64,000 bases of DNA from Octopus vulgaris (GCA_951406725.2 OX597819.1:806001-870000), one strand, 5' to 3'; shown: positions 41,530 to 54,608, counted from the stretch's first letter. Numbers and translations are program-made. Notes: a model not told the origin generated them from the letters alone.

Positions 41530-41756
41530 ATGTGTGTCTTTGTGTCTGTGTTTGTCACCTCATCATAGCTTGACAACCGATGTTGGTGTATTTACATACC
41601 CGTAACTTAGCAGTTTGGCAAAGAGATCAATAGAATAAGTACTAAGCTTACAAAGAATAACTCTTGGGGTTAATTTCTATGGCTCAAACACCGTTTAAAG
41701 CAGTGCTCCAGCAATGCCACAGTCGAATGACTGAAACAAGTAAAGGAATAAAAGAA
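41530..41756 (+). mobile_element. SINE family A, 3' part
   Basis: Matches 20-254. Confidence 0.75.
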
Positions 41757-42251
41757 TGTATATATGTGTGCGTGTGTGTGTGTGTGTGCACACGCATACG
41801 TATATGTGTGTGTTTGTGTATGTATATATGTATATATAAATCTGTGTTCTCCTTATTATTAATATATATATCATCATCATTATCATGAACAATTAATTTC
41901 CATTCTCCATGGGTTGAACAGTTCAACTGGTGTTGATGAGCCTGAGGACTGTGCCAAGCTTCAGTACCTGCTTTGGCATAGTTTTTTTGGCTGGATGCCC
42001 TTTCTAATGCCAACCAGAGTGTAGTGAGTACTTTTTATGTAGCACTGGCATCAGTAAAGTCACCAAGTTACAACCCCAGGACTTATTCTTTGTAAGCCTA
42101 GTGCTTAATCTATTGGTCTCTTTTCTTGAACTGCTAAGTTTACAGGGACATAAATACACCAATATTGGTTGTCAAGCGATGGTGGGGGGGGGGAGACAGA
42201 CACATACACACAAACACACAAACACACATACATACATACACACACACATAC

Positions 42252-42327
<76 letters not shown>

Positions 42328-42484
42328 TACACTCGTGGAGTGGTTGGTGTTAGGAAGGGCATCCAGCTGTAGAAACACTGCCAGATCAGACTGGAGCCTG
42401 GTGCAGCCCCTGGCTTCCCAGACCCCGGTCGAACCGTCCAACCCGTGCTAGCGCAGAAAACGGACGTTAAACGATGATGATGAT
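42328..42484 (+). mobile_element. Young RTE 3' tail copy
   Basis: Close match to 12748-12908, ending in (GAT)n; another at 40002-40098. Confidence 0.8.
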
Positions 42485-42488
42485 ATAT

Positions 42489-43062
42489 AGTGGTTGTATA
42501 CTGTCAACTTAACGTGACAGTCCTGTATGGGAATTACACCACCACTGTTTAGCCCTAGGAAGCATCGAACGCTTCCTGTTGGCTTTGACACATTTTTTTC
42601 CCCAGTGTCCTTATATTTGTGAAGGGGAGGCAAGCATCCCCACCAGCCAAGATTCACACCTGAGGACATGCATGTTTCTGGGTCTTAACCCGTCATCAGC
42701 CCAGGATAGTGAGATCTGCTGATTGAGGAGCCTGTCCAGCATTCACAAACATATATATTTACAGTGAAATCTATTCACTGATCACCATAATAAGAAATAT
42801 TAAATTTCTAAATGTCTCAAAGAGACATGAGCGGTGGTGGAGCGATAGAGTGGTTGTATACTGTCAACTTAACGTGACAGTCCCGTAAAGGGAATTACAC
42901 CACCGCTGTTTAGCCCTAGGAAGCATCGAACGCTTCCTGTCGGCTTTGACACATTTTCTGTGTCCTTATATTTGTGAAGGGGAGGCAAGCACTCCCAGCA
43001 GCCAAGATTCACACCTGAGGACATGCATGTCTTAACCTGTCATCAGCCCAGGATAGTGAGAT
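42489..43062 (-). mobile_element. Retrozyme-like element: 1.6 tandem copies of a 355-360 nt non-coding unit
   Basis: 42489-42715 is repeated at 42849-43062; each copy has the hammerhead, and the right one has lost its GAAA. Confidence 0.8.
42659..42705 (-). ncRNA. Type I hammerhead ribozyme, canonical core
   Basis: CCTGGG-CTGATGA-C.GGGT(TAAG)ACCC.A-GAAAC-ATGCAT-GTC-CTCAGG; stem I extends (TCAC/GTGA, AGAT/ATCT, CAGC/GCTG). Confidence 0.85.
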
Positions 43063-43064
43063 AT

Positions 43065-44147
43065 ACGTTAATGCTCTTTCATCTATCAGGTAGTTTTGCA
43101 AGGCTCCTCTTCCAAAATTCACTTGATCATGACACTACTGTTCTGACCTCGTCTACAGAATTCATATTTTTTCCGTCCAAATGATTTTGAAGACTGAAAT
43201 AAATGGTAATCAGACGGGGGTAATGACCAGTGAATACAGTGGATGGGGTATCACTTCCCATTCAAACTACTCCGGCCTTTGGAATGTCATCCTCGCTGTA
43301 TGTGGCTGAGCATTATCCGGATGGAAAAACACCCTTTGTCATGAAACCAAAGATTTTTCTTCTGGTGCTGACTTAAGCCGCTCAGGCTGCTCATGGTAGA
43401 TCTCCTTTGTTAATGTTTGGTTTGGGTTTAAAAGTTCAAAGTGGACTAAACCTTTCATATCCCACCAAACATATAACAACACCTTGCTTAGGTGAAAACC
43501 TTCTTTAGCCTGGGGTACCAGTGTTTCTCCTTTCTTCGGGGCTTGACATTTTTATAGAGAACCCATTTCTCGTCACCATCTGTGAGATGTGACAGCAAAG
43601 AAGAGCACACATTCATTCTCTGTATGCAATTAGACTCAGAAAGTTTGTGAGGAATCTATTGGCCCAATTTGCTGACTTTTCTGATGGCCCGCAGGTGTCT
43701 ATGAATGGTTGAATAACCAAATCCAAGCTTCTCTACGAGATCCTAGACAGTTACAATGGGATTTTGTTCCATCAGGGTTTGCAGGATGTACTTTTCAAGC
43801 TCTATAGATTTTCCAGGATGAGGCTCATCTTCTAGGCTGTAGTTTCCAGCTCTGTCCAATCCCCATATACTGCATCAATATTCCTCGCACTTACAATTGC
43901 ATTGTTACCTTTGTTGAACTCATGAAGCAAAATATGTTGAATATGCTCCTTTGTCACTTCCATTATAGCTTTGAAAAAGTAACTATTAAAATTGAACTGC
44001 ACTCTTCAAAACTTGCACTAAGAATAAGTACAAGGTAAAAATTAGTACCTGCTTTTATAGCAAGTTGATGCAGGTAGTTTATCCCATCCCCCTCCAACTT
44101 TTAGTTTATGCATTGAAAAAACGCATTATTTATGGGATGACCCAATA
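43065..44147 (-). mobile_element. Decayed mariner, same family as 31470-32481
   Basis: Same TIR CGCATTATTTATGGGATGACCCAATA at 44122-44147; GDEKWV and FHPDNAQPH read on the minus strand. Confidence 0.85.
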
Positions 44148-45166
44148 TAATCTTACCTGTGTGGTTTAATCTTTTTTTATCTAAGTCCTTTTATCACAAG
44201 ATTTTCTTATTAGATTGGACATTCATTTTAGGTATTTTCCATCATCAACCAACATCACTTTCATACTATGTAGACTGCATCAAACAGCATGTCTACATCT
44301 AGACATGCTTTTGATGTCTATCTGTATACAACATTTCCTTTAATTTATCATTGCACCTATTTCAATTCATACTTAGTTTACTTCCCAAATGCTCAATATA
44401 TATACTCCCTGATTTTCCTTTTTTTACTGTCATTTAGCCTGTCACATGTAAGTCTCTTATAATCAAATAACTTCATAACTTTATTGATACAAATAAACGT
44501 TTTGTTTGAATGTTCTCACCTCAGACTATATTTGCACTGATGGCTTCTATAGCTTTGCAGGGGAAAATATATCATCAAGCTATCAAATGTATTGATGATC
44601 ATCTATGCAACTAAGTGCATTAAAACCAAGGCTGTTGAGTTAAAGAGTAAATTTGCATTGCAAATATTGATTTCTTTTTCCTTGCCAACAAAGGTCTATT
44701 TTTGCTTCAAGAGAGCAAGAGAAGGCAGGATTATACTATATTACTCATGATGAAAAGATAAGTTGACTCCAGTTGAATATACAAAAGTCAGGTCCCTTAT
44801 TAAATAGTAAAAGAAACATTTTGTATGGTACACATTTTTTCAGTTAGTTTTATCCTTTATAAATGCTAATATTACAAAAGACCTGTCTCTAGAGCGATCA
44901 TTTAGATACAACAGATATCATAGTCTATTGTTTTGGTTTTACTTTGTTTACGATAACTCTTTTAAGTGCTACCTTTTAAATGAGATGTAAAGTATTATAA
45001 GCAAACAATTTGGATACCTTGATTGTATCCAAAGAGTCTCATTAACCAGAAAATCAAATGTAATAATAACATGATATATATGTAAATACATAGATATATA
45101 TAAAATGAAAGTAAAATAAAAAGAAATAAATTTTGAGGATGTACCAGTCTCCATATTCTCTGTTGT

Positions 45167-45213
<47 letters not shown>

Positions 45214-45215
<2 letters not shown>

Positions 45216-45545
45216 TCATAAAATACAGTGTACATTTAAACACATAAGGAATCCACTTGTGGGATTCAACACGCTAGAAAGAACAGCTAGGTTCTATAAC
45301 CTTGTAATCTAAGGTGTACCTGTCAAAGAAGATTTCACCTAGTGAATATTATTTATTTACTAAACTAAAATCAGAAACTAATTGGTCCAGGAAACTAGAT
45401 GGTAAAATGTTTTTATTTTTTCATTTCGTTCCTGTCGGATTTTACCTCTAATTTTGTGGTTATAGAACCTAGCTGTTCTTTCTAGCATGTTGAATCCCAC
45501 AAGTGGATTCCTTATGTGTTTAAATGTACACTGTATTTTATGAGT
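45214..45545. repeat. 88-bp inverted repeat (45214-45301 / 45458-45545) around a decayed hammerhead; PLE-type inverted end
   Basis: Arms differ at one position; loop has CCTG-tcaAAGA-A.GATTT..AAATC.A-GAAAC-TAATTG-GTC-CAGG (45319-45391); (TA)n on both sides. Confidence 0.8.
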
Positions 45546-45634
45546 TTTACATAGTCTTTGGACTAAATTTTTACACGCTAGGCCACTGGAAGTGAAAATT
45601 TCTATTAATTTCCATTTCCCTTCGATACGATTAA

Positions 45635-45685
<51 letters not shown>

Positions 45686-45958
45686 TTTCTCATCAAGAGT
45701 AGAGTCCACAGTGATCTGTATGTAGGAGAGATGCAGCCGGAGGGTAAATATCCAAATGAAGAATCCGTAAATGGTAGATAAAGAGTAGATAAAGAGTTCA
45801 GTGGAGAAGTTTGTGTGTGGTAAGAAATGACAGGATTAACATGTGCGACCACGTGAGCATGTGATATATAGGAGAGTTTATGAAAAAAAGCAAAAGACGA
45901 AGACAGGTGGTGTACAAAACAAACAGATGTATTAGTATAACGCTCAGGAATAGAAAAA

Positions 45959-45997
45959 GTCTTTTACGTTTCGAGCCTACGCTCTTCTACAGAAAAC
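45959..45997 (-). ncRNA. Minimal PLE-type hammerhead-like motif with variant core
   Basis: GTTTT-CTGTAGA-A-GAGC(GTAG)GCTC-GAAAC-GTA-AAAGAC; A6 replaced by U; loop-less ACGT stem III. Confidence 0.5.
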
Positions 45998-46219
45998 AAG
46001 GAGAGAAAAAAGTGTGTGTAGTGGCTAACGATCTATCATGGCACCATTATCAACATTTTTTTTCTCTTGAAGTGCCTATTCTTGAAGTGTCTAGAATTGC
46101 CTATTCAGAGGCTTTCCTCATAGTCGGACAGATTTAGACAAGAAATGCATATTTAGTCAATTTAAAAGTTTTTTTTATTGCTTTCTGATTCATATGATTA
46201 TTTGGTACCGGAGGGAACA

Positions 46220-46645
46220 CATTTTATCTTTCATCTTCTACTTGTTTCAAATGTGGCCATGCTGAGGCACCACCTTAAATAGATTGTGGCCATGCTGGAG
46301 CAACACCTTAAATAATTTTTAGTCTAATGAATCTACCCTGGTACTTTTTTTAAAGCCTGGTGCTTATTCTTTTGGTATCTTGTGCTGAACTGCTAAGTTA
46401 TGGGAACGTAAACACACCAATGCTGGTTGTCAAGAATTGGTGAAGAACAAACACACACACATATACACACACACACACACCTATATATTTTTGATGGTTT
46501 TTTTTTTTCAATTTACCTCTATCAAGTCCACTGACAAGTTTTTAGTTGGTTGTAGTAGAAGACACTAGTAGAAGACATTAGTAGATGACTGGACCTGGAA
46601 CTATGTTGTTGGGAAGCAAACTTCTTATCACACACCCATGCTTGC
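46220..46645 (-). mobile_element. SINE family A, decayed full length
   Basis: Tail, internal (CA)n and head motifs. Confidence 0.65.
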
Positions 46646-46879
46646 TTTCTAAAATTATCTAATCAATGGAGAGAGTATTTTTGATCCCTTCTTAAGACCT
46701 GAATTCAGTCATGTAAATCCCAGAGTTTTTTGACAGAGAGCAAAAGGAGGAAACCGGCAGTTTGTGTGTTGGCGGGGCCAGGGTGCAATTAAAAAGTAAA
46801 GTTCTCATCCATTCATTCATGCCAATGCTTTAAAATATAATTTTAAATATTTAAAGTTATTTAAGAAAGGTTACATAAA

Positions 46880-47680
46880 AAAGTAAACTAGCACCTAAAT
46901 GATCTATTAGCAAAAAGCTTCAATTCATTTAAAAAGATAGAATTTCTCATGCCTTCAATCACCCCCAGGATTACAAAAGGGTCAGTTAGTTCAGTTTTCT
47001 CTCTACTGTCCCCAACTTTGAAACAGATAAGAAGAATATTATCATTCTTGGAAAAGAGAAACCAAAGCTTAAGCTGAAAGTCAAAACTGAAGTGGACAAC
47101 AAGGAATGTCATCATTATTTTGATTAAAATATTATGAATAATCTGAGTGAATGATGAGATGACTCGTTCTGAACAATTTCTTTCTGCTTCCCAAGTCTGT
47201 TAGTTTGTCAGTATCAGAACACATCTTCTCAGCTTTGAAGTGAGAATCAAAATGAATATCACTTTCAAAATGAAATCATTTAATTGTACAGCTGTTACAA
47301 GTGAAGGTATAATTAAGCCAGTGATAAAAAAAAAAAACAGCATAATGAATGCTGTTATGCTTGGTGAGACTACAGACCTTTGAATGAAATCTTTACTATC
47401 ACATGTTTATCACATGAGGAGGAAAGGCTTCAAGAAAAGTTTAGGGGATAAGTCGATGTCAGTAAAGACAGAAAAGTTGCATCACTGACAGAAGTTGTAC
47501 ATTGTTATAGACATTCACTTAATTTGGTACTCTCTCAATCAGCTTCAAGAGTTTGTGAATAATGAATTTTCTTACAAACTTTAAAAAGAATTTCAACATT
47601 TTTCTCAAAGTCAATGGCTTGAATCGCTCCTGCTGGATGAAATCGTTGGAAGGTGATGTCTAGAGTTATTTGTACATTTC
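46880..47680 (+). mobile_element. hAT (ZMYM1/DUF4371-like) transposase remnant
   Basis: + frames AVMLGETTDL and VHCYRHSLNLVLSQ..ISTFFSKS; the last 100 bp recur at about 50111-50210. Confidence 0.65.
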
Positions 47681-47876
47681 TTGTATTTTACCAACTACTT
47701 CAAAATGGTGCATTGTAGTGGGGGGGACTATTTCCATTTTCAGACTCCCCATATCTCAAATACTACACTTTCCATGGAAAGTTAGGGCAGGTAGAACACT
47801 CAGAATCCCCCACCCCAACCTCAGTGGGGGTGGGTTGGATTGCATGCCCTAGTTTCCTAGTCACCCTTTGCCACTG

Positions 47877-47919
<43 letters not shown>

Positions 47920-48089
47920 TTACGAGAAAAATAATTCACCAAAAATTAATTTGTGATGGTGTTATTAATTCTATTATTATCCAATGTAACTATTTTAAAA
48001 ATGATAATAACAGAATCAATGATACAGGCGATAGCAGGCCAAAAAATAGCAATATATATATATATATATACACACACATATAAATATAT

Positions 48090-48362
48090 AGGTTGGACCC
48101 TCCTGTCGGAGTGTTCAGCTTTTGCCAAACGACTTGCACAAATGATTTATTTATAATGATCAAATGTTCGTGCCACCCTCTCCCTCAAATTAACGTTGTC
48201 TGAACAGGTGCATGGTGTGCCATGCATCAGGTGTGGAAGTGATCACGGAGCAATGTGACATGAAGTGTTTTGCTCAAGAACATAATGCGCCAGCTGATCT
48301 AGGAATTGAAACCATGATCTCGCAATCGTGAGTGCAACACTCTAACCACTAAGCCATGTGCC
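48090..48362 (-). mobile_element. tRNA-derived SINE (family D)
   Basis: Minus-strand head CACATGGCTTAGTGGTTAGAGTGTTG..GGTTTCAATTCC..TTCTTGAGCAAAACACTT. Confidence 0.65.
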
Positions 48363-49570
48363 CACATATATGTACATACACACACACATATAAGGATTCA
48401 TAAATTACCTTTACAATTTCCCCAATTTGTTGTCTAGAAGAAGTGTTACATGCAACTAATGGAATCCATGGGGAAGTGTTCTTCAGTTTCTAATAAACCT
48501 TTTATTTGTTTGCTTAGGTTTTCCAATAAATTCTGTTGAAATATCTTTATTTTTCATTGTCATCTGAATTATTCAAATTGTAAAGGTAATTTATGGACAT
48601 GCTATTTATATATCATCATCATTTAACATCCGTTTTTCATGCTGGCAAGGATTTGACAGGAGCTGATAAGGCCAGGGGCCACACCAGGCTCTATTGTCTG
48701 TTCTGGCATGGTTTCTACTGCTTGATGCTAACCACTTTACAGTGGTAACCAGCACCTGTGCTTTTAACATGACACTAACACCAGCACAAGCACCAGTTCT
48801 TAGTAGATATTTAAAAAAAAATACAACCATTTTAGGAGGTCTTACAGACAATAGCACTCTCATAGCTGTGACAACCTTTATGTCTTGACTGCCTTAGGGA
48901 AGGAGAGAAATAAAGTATTAAAAATGTCAGACAATGCTATTAGAATTATAAGTAATGTCGTGGGAGTCAGCAAAAACATAGATAGAAATGTGTTCCTTGG
49001 ACAAATAACCAGGAAAGCCAGCAAAGACTTGACAATATCTTGATGTATGACAAAATGCATGGCATTTTTACAGAACAAGAAATTATTTTAGGAATACCGC
49101 TTTTATTGATTTTGTTGTGAACGAGTACAATTGACATGAGAGTAGCAAAGAAATCGATTGTTTTTCCTATCACAACTACCTCAGATTTAATCATTTCATT
49201 TAGTTCAGTATCCAACAGCAATCAATAAAAATTATACAAACATATATTCCAGTGGTGCACAGACTTTTTAAATTTTAATACATTTTTGAGTGGTTAGTTT
49301 TTGCATATATATTAAAATTCGTAAAAATTAATGAATCAATAGTGATTTAATGAAAATCATATTTTCACCTGCAGTTCCTCAACATTTTGAAAATTTGAAG
49401 GAGAGTGTAGAAATAGGAATATCAACAGCATTTTATTGCTTTGGTTAGTTTCTAGGATTGTAGTTTTGATTTAGTTTTAAGGTTAAAATTATCCAAAGCA
49501 ATAGTTTCACAGTTAGCATCCATGCTATTTTGCTCTTATATATTAAGTTTTATATATATATATATATATA

Positions 49571-49731
49571 TCTGTAACTGTAATATGATAAAACTCTGGG
49601 TTTCGGATGCCAAAACTCGGAGTTTTATCATGTCTACCGAATAATTGTCACATATTATATTTACAGATAAATTCCTCTACTTACATAATATCGAGGTCTC
49701 TTTCATTCTTTTGTTGTCTTACCATTTCTAT

Positions 49732-49734
<3 letters not shown>
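49571..49734. repeat. Imperfect fold-back within (TA)n, probable truncated PLE end
   Basis: ATGATAAAACTC / GAGTTTTATCAT plus outer TCTGTAA / TTACAGA. Confidence 0.55.
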
Positions 49735-49764
<30 letters not shown>

Positions 49765-51038
49765 AAGTTTTCTATGAAACAACACACCCTGAAGAGCACC
49801 CTACAAATATTTCTTGGTGTCAATGAACTAAAAATCGCAGAAGGAATAAATACATTTTGTTGTAAGATATGTGACTGTGTGTGTGTGTGAAATTAATAAA
49901 TATAGTTTACGATGAAAATTTGGTTTCATTTTTGGTTAAACACTGACAACTGCAGAGCTCACTACAGTTCACGTGGATTTAGCATTTCTGACCGTCGCTC
50001 ACTCCCACTTAATTTGTTTTAGTCTCCCTTTACCAGCAGGACTGGCAAGGAATTTACCAGCAGGACTGCATTTAATCAAATGTAAGATATGAAGCCTTAA
50101 CTCTTCCAAGCTTTGAAAAGAATTCCAACATTTTTCTCAAAGTCAATGGCTTGAATCGCTCCTGCTGGATGAAATCATTGGAAGGTGATGTCTGGAGTTA
50201 TTTGTACATTTTTCAGTCATTGTTTAGGCACAAACATGAAAAAATTGTTAAGCTTCCACTTTTTTAAACCTAAAAGAAAAAAAAAATTAAAGAAAGGAAC
50301 TTCTAGTTTTGTTTTGAATGTAGAGAAACATGGGGTGTTCTGAATTTCTAGCACAAATCAGCAATCTCTAAATGTTCTTTGCTGCATATGGTTGGATATA
50401 GATAGACTGAGGTTTTTCTTACCAACAATTTGTGAGAATATTTTGTTCTCAATTTGTCAAAATTCTATTGAATTGTTCCACTTGTATCTCTTCTGTTTTA
50501 AAAGTATTCTATGTGTCGATTGTAGGTTTTAACCCATGAGCATTTAAACCAGCCTTATTCAGCCAAAATAACCTACCTCTTTTATCTTCAAACAGGCCAG
50601 ATCTGACCTCTCACACTTGCCCTACAATATTATTCTAGAAATAAACAACTATGTCATAGAAATCTCAAGGTTTGACTAATTCATATCAATGGGAATAAAT
50701 AAGCATTACTTTTGACAAAGTAATCTGAATGACAAAGAATGAAGCTAATCTTTGTCTCTCCTGTCTGTTTGCTTTTCTTTAATCTACTCTTCTTTACTTT
50801 ACTAAAATTATACCTGGACAAGATGGTATACTTTATTGACATAAAATAACTTTATATCTAAATAGTACTGAAATAAAAAGAAATGGAAATCTGAAGTTAA
50901 ATCTTGAACTGGTTACATCAGACTCTGAGATGTTAGGAATACAGCATTAAGTAAACAATAAATGCTCTGCAAGCAAACATTACATTTCAAACAAAATGCT
51001 ATGAAATATTCTTTCTCATTCAAGTGAATTTTGATATG

Positions 51039-51496
<458 letters not shown>

Positions 51497-51655
51497 TCTG
51501 TGTATATGTATATTGTTGATAAAACAAATCTGAAAAAGAAACATATTCTAAGTTATAGAGCAGTATATAATACACCGGCCTTTATACATACACACACACA
51601 CACACAAAAATGTATGTGTATGTGTATAGATATATACATTTGTCAATATTGTCAA

Positions 51656-51681
51656 TATCTATCTCTCTATCTATCTCTCTC

Positions 51682-51744
<63 letters not shown>

Positions 51745-51760
51745 CTCTATCTATCTACCT
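51656..51760. repeat. (ATCT)n microsatellite
   Basis: Directly visible. Confidence 0.95.
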
Positions 51761-52851
51761 ATATTCATACTCGACATTTTCATTATCTCCCATCTTTCTT
51801 GCCATCCATCATTTCTCCCCTACCACCACCACCCATTTTTATTGTTATTCATTACACATACTTTCTTTTGCTCACCCTTCACACATTATCAACCTCTCTC
51901 TCTCTCTCTCTCTCTCACACACATTATTCCCTTCTCTTTCATTCATCATAGGCATCCATCACTCTTCCCATCATGCCACCTTAGTAATGGCTATATCATA
52001 AATGTCTCTTTCTCTCCTTTCTTTTCTGCTCTCACTTTTATCACTGGTTATTTCTATTATTCTCTCCTCTATTGCTCTGATTCTTTTTCCTTCACTTTCT
52101 CTTCTGTCATTCAGTCATGTTGCTTCTGTTTCATCTTTTTGTCAACACCCATCATGTCTCTCTCTCTCTCTCTCTCTCTCTCTACTCTTTTGCACCTATA
52201 GCTCTGATGATACCTTCCTTTTTTTTTCTACCACCTTCTGCTCTGATTCTCTTCCCACTCAGTAATATTGGAAAGAAAGGAATAAATGAATGGAGACAGT
52301 GCAAAGGATGAACCTTCTTTAGTCTTGCTGGTGGGAGGATCACCTGTGAATGTATGAGCAGAGACAATTTGAGGAGAGAGGAGAACTTTAGTCTTGCTGG
52401 AAACAAGACAACTTCTCTGGTGTTGATGCTACAATAAACTTCATCAAGTACATTTTGCTAAGTGGTTGGCAACAGGAAGAGTATCCAACCACAGAGACCA
52501 TGTCAGAAGTGTAACATGCAAGATGAATTTCTCAACCTATCTTGGTGATAGTAACTCTAAAAATATCTGACTTGGATCATAACAACCAATTCAACTCAAG
52601 TAAGAGTAGGAGAAAATGAATGTAAAACGATGATGATGATGACAATAATGGCAACAACTAATATGATTAGAAATAAAAATTAATATGTGTAACATAATTA
52701 AAATTCACTAAACTGAAAACCATGTTCACTTGTTTAATTGATTGTAAACTAATGTTTGCACAAATGGAGAAAAAGCCACAAAATCATCTAATTGATTATC
52801 GTTCTTACCTGAATGATAGCTAATTGGTTGTCAAGTGTAGGGGTGGGGTAG

Positions 52852-52899
<48 letters not shown>

Positions 52900-52904
52900 G
52901 TGGT

Positions 52905-52938
<34 letters not shown>

Positions 52939-53028
52939 CAGGTGGTGGATATATATATATATATATATATATATCGATCTTGTGTTGATGTCTGGTGTGT
53001 AGTTCTGCAAATTATATTTGTATGGACG

Positions 53029-53104
53029 ATCATACTGAAGATCTACAGATAAAATGCGTAAGTAGAATTACGTAATTTATTGATAGTGAAACGTTGTTTA
53101 TGAT
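53029..53104 (+). ncRNA. Type I hammerhead ribozyme with long stem II
   Basis: ATCATA-CTGAAGA-T.CTA..ATAAA.TGCGTAA(GTAGAA)TTACGTA.TTTAT..TAG.T-GAAAC-GTT-GTT-TATGAT; perfect 6-bp stem I. Confidence 0.7.
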
Positions 53105-53282
53105 TAATCTATATTTTTGTTACTTTTCATGTCTTGCTCGCTTACGTTTCTGGTGTTTGCTAAATTTTCTAGAGAACAATTCTTAGTGGTAAGACCATAA
53201 CGGATCTTCTAGCATAAGGGTTTCCACATAGTGGTAATTCCCTCTTATATGTATGTAATATATATATATATATATATATATA

Positions 53283-53440
53283 TGACAGGCTTCTTTCAGT
53301 TTCCTTGTACCAAATCTACTCACAAGGTTTTGGTTGGCCTGAGGCAATATTAGAAGACACTTGCGCAAGGTGCCATGCAGTGGGACTGAATCCTGGAACC
53401 ATGTGTTTGGGAAGCAAGCTTCTTACCACACAGCCATGCA
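53283..53440 (-). mobile_element. SINE family A, 5' part
   Basis: Head motifs as at 39483; further copies at about 2430, 54920 and 56640 (-) and 55710 (+). Confidence 0.75.
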
Positions 53441-53799
53441 TGTGCCTTTTTAATCATCACCATGGGGATAATTAAAACAATTATTATTTGAAAGATAATG
53501 CTGACATGTGATTATATATCATCCTCATCAGTTATCATCCACTTTCAACTGGATGAATACCATAGATCACCATTTCATTATTTCTTGTGCAGTCAATATG
53601 CATTCATAATATCTTAGGTCTGTGCAATTCTTCATATTATCAATGCATATATTTTGTAGTTTTTCTCTTCCACTTTTATTTTGCTACATATTACAGTCTC
53701 CATGAAGCATGTTTTCCTAATTAAGTATCCCAAATATTCTTTTCTATTCTATGTATATATATACATATATATGTATGTATGTATGTATGTATATATATG

Positions 53800-53848
<49 letters not shown>

Positions 53849-53852
<4 letters not shown>

Positions 53853-54606
53853 CATAAGGGACTAAAGCCATCTGAATATGGCTAGGGACAGGGCAGGGTG
53901 GTGGGGGTGTTACTGTTGCATTTAGCCCCAGGCGAACATCGACGTCACCAGAAAGGCCCGAGACCGTCACGGTGTCCTTAACCTGCAAAGGGAGGTAATT
54001 CCCCGATGAAGCGGAAACCACACACGGACCATGGTTTCAAGGTGTATTGCCTATCGTCGGCGTGTGGTAGGCTTCCGCTTCCTCGACGAACTCTCACTCT
54101 GCAGGATATTCATATATAGATTTTCAAGCAAAATACATTTGCTGATTTCGAAAATCTGTTCGAAAGCAATAATAATTCTCTAAAAGAGATATAGACAGTA
54201 ACTGCTCGATAACATAAGGGACTAAAGCCATTTAGAGAATTATTATTGCTTTCGAACAGATTTTCGAAATCAGCAAATGTATTTTGCTTGAAAATCTATA
54301 TATGAATATCCTGCAGAGTGAGAGTTCGTCGAGGAAGCGGAAGCCTACCACACGCCGACGATAGGCAATACACCTTGAAACCATGGTCCGTGTGTGGTTT
54401 CCGCTTCATCGGGGAATTACCTCCCTTTGCAGGTTAAGGACACCGTGACGGTGTCGGGCCTTTCTGGTGACGTCGATGTTCGCCTGGGGCTAAATGCAAC
54501 AGTAACACCCCCACCACCCTGCCCTGTCCCTAGCCATATTCAGATGGCTTTAGTCCCTTATGTTATCGAGCAGTTACTGTCTATATCTTTTAGAGAATTA
54601 TTATTG

Positions 54607-54608
<2 letters not shown>
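53849..54608. mobile_element. Young retrozyme-like insertion: two inverted, differently permuted, terminally redundant 360-nt units
   Basis: Arms 53849-54184 / 54231-54566 (336 bp, one mismatch seen); 23-nt redundancy at 53849/54209 and 20-nt redundancy at 54231/54589; (TA)n on both sides. Confidence 0.88.
54330..54411 (+). ncRNA. Type I hammerhead with U4C core (mirror copy on the minus strand at about 54004-54085)
   Basis: GAAGCGGAAGCC-TAC-CACACG-CCGACGA-T.AGG(CAATACA)CCT.T-GAAAC-CATG-GTC-CGTGTG-T-GGTTTCCGCTTC. Confidence 0.8.

Noticed and set aside
48880-49270. Possible Tc1-like remnant
   Set aside because: No catalytic motif readable; only a vague TIR-like word.
47580-50210. 100-bp near-identical repeat as a duplicated exon
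   Set aside because: It continues hAT transposase motifs on the + strand, so it is a transposon fragment.
54472-54494. TCGATGT..CCTGGGGCT similarity to large-subunit rRNA
   Set aside because: Two short words only, with no extended rRNA homology.
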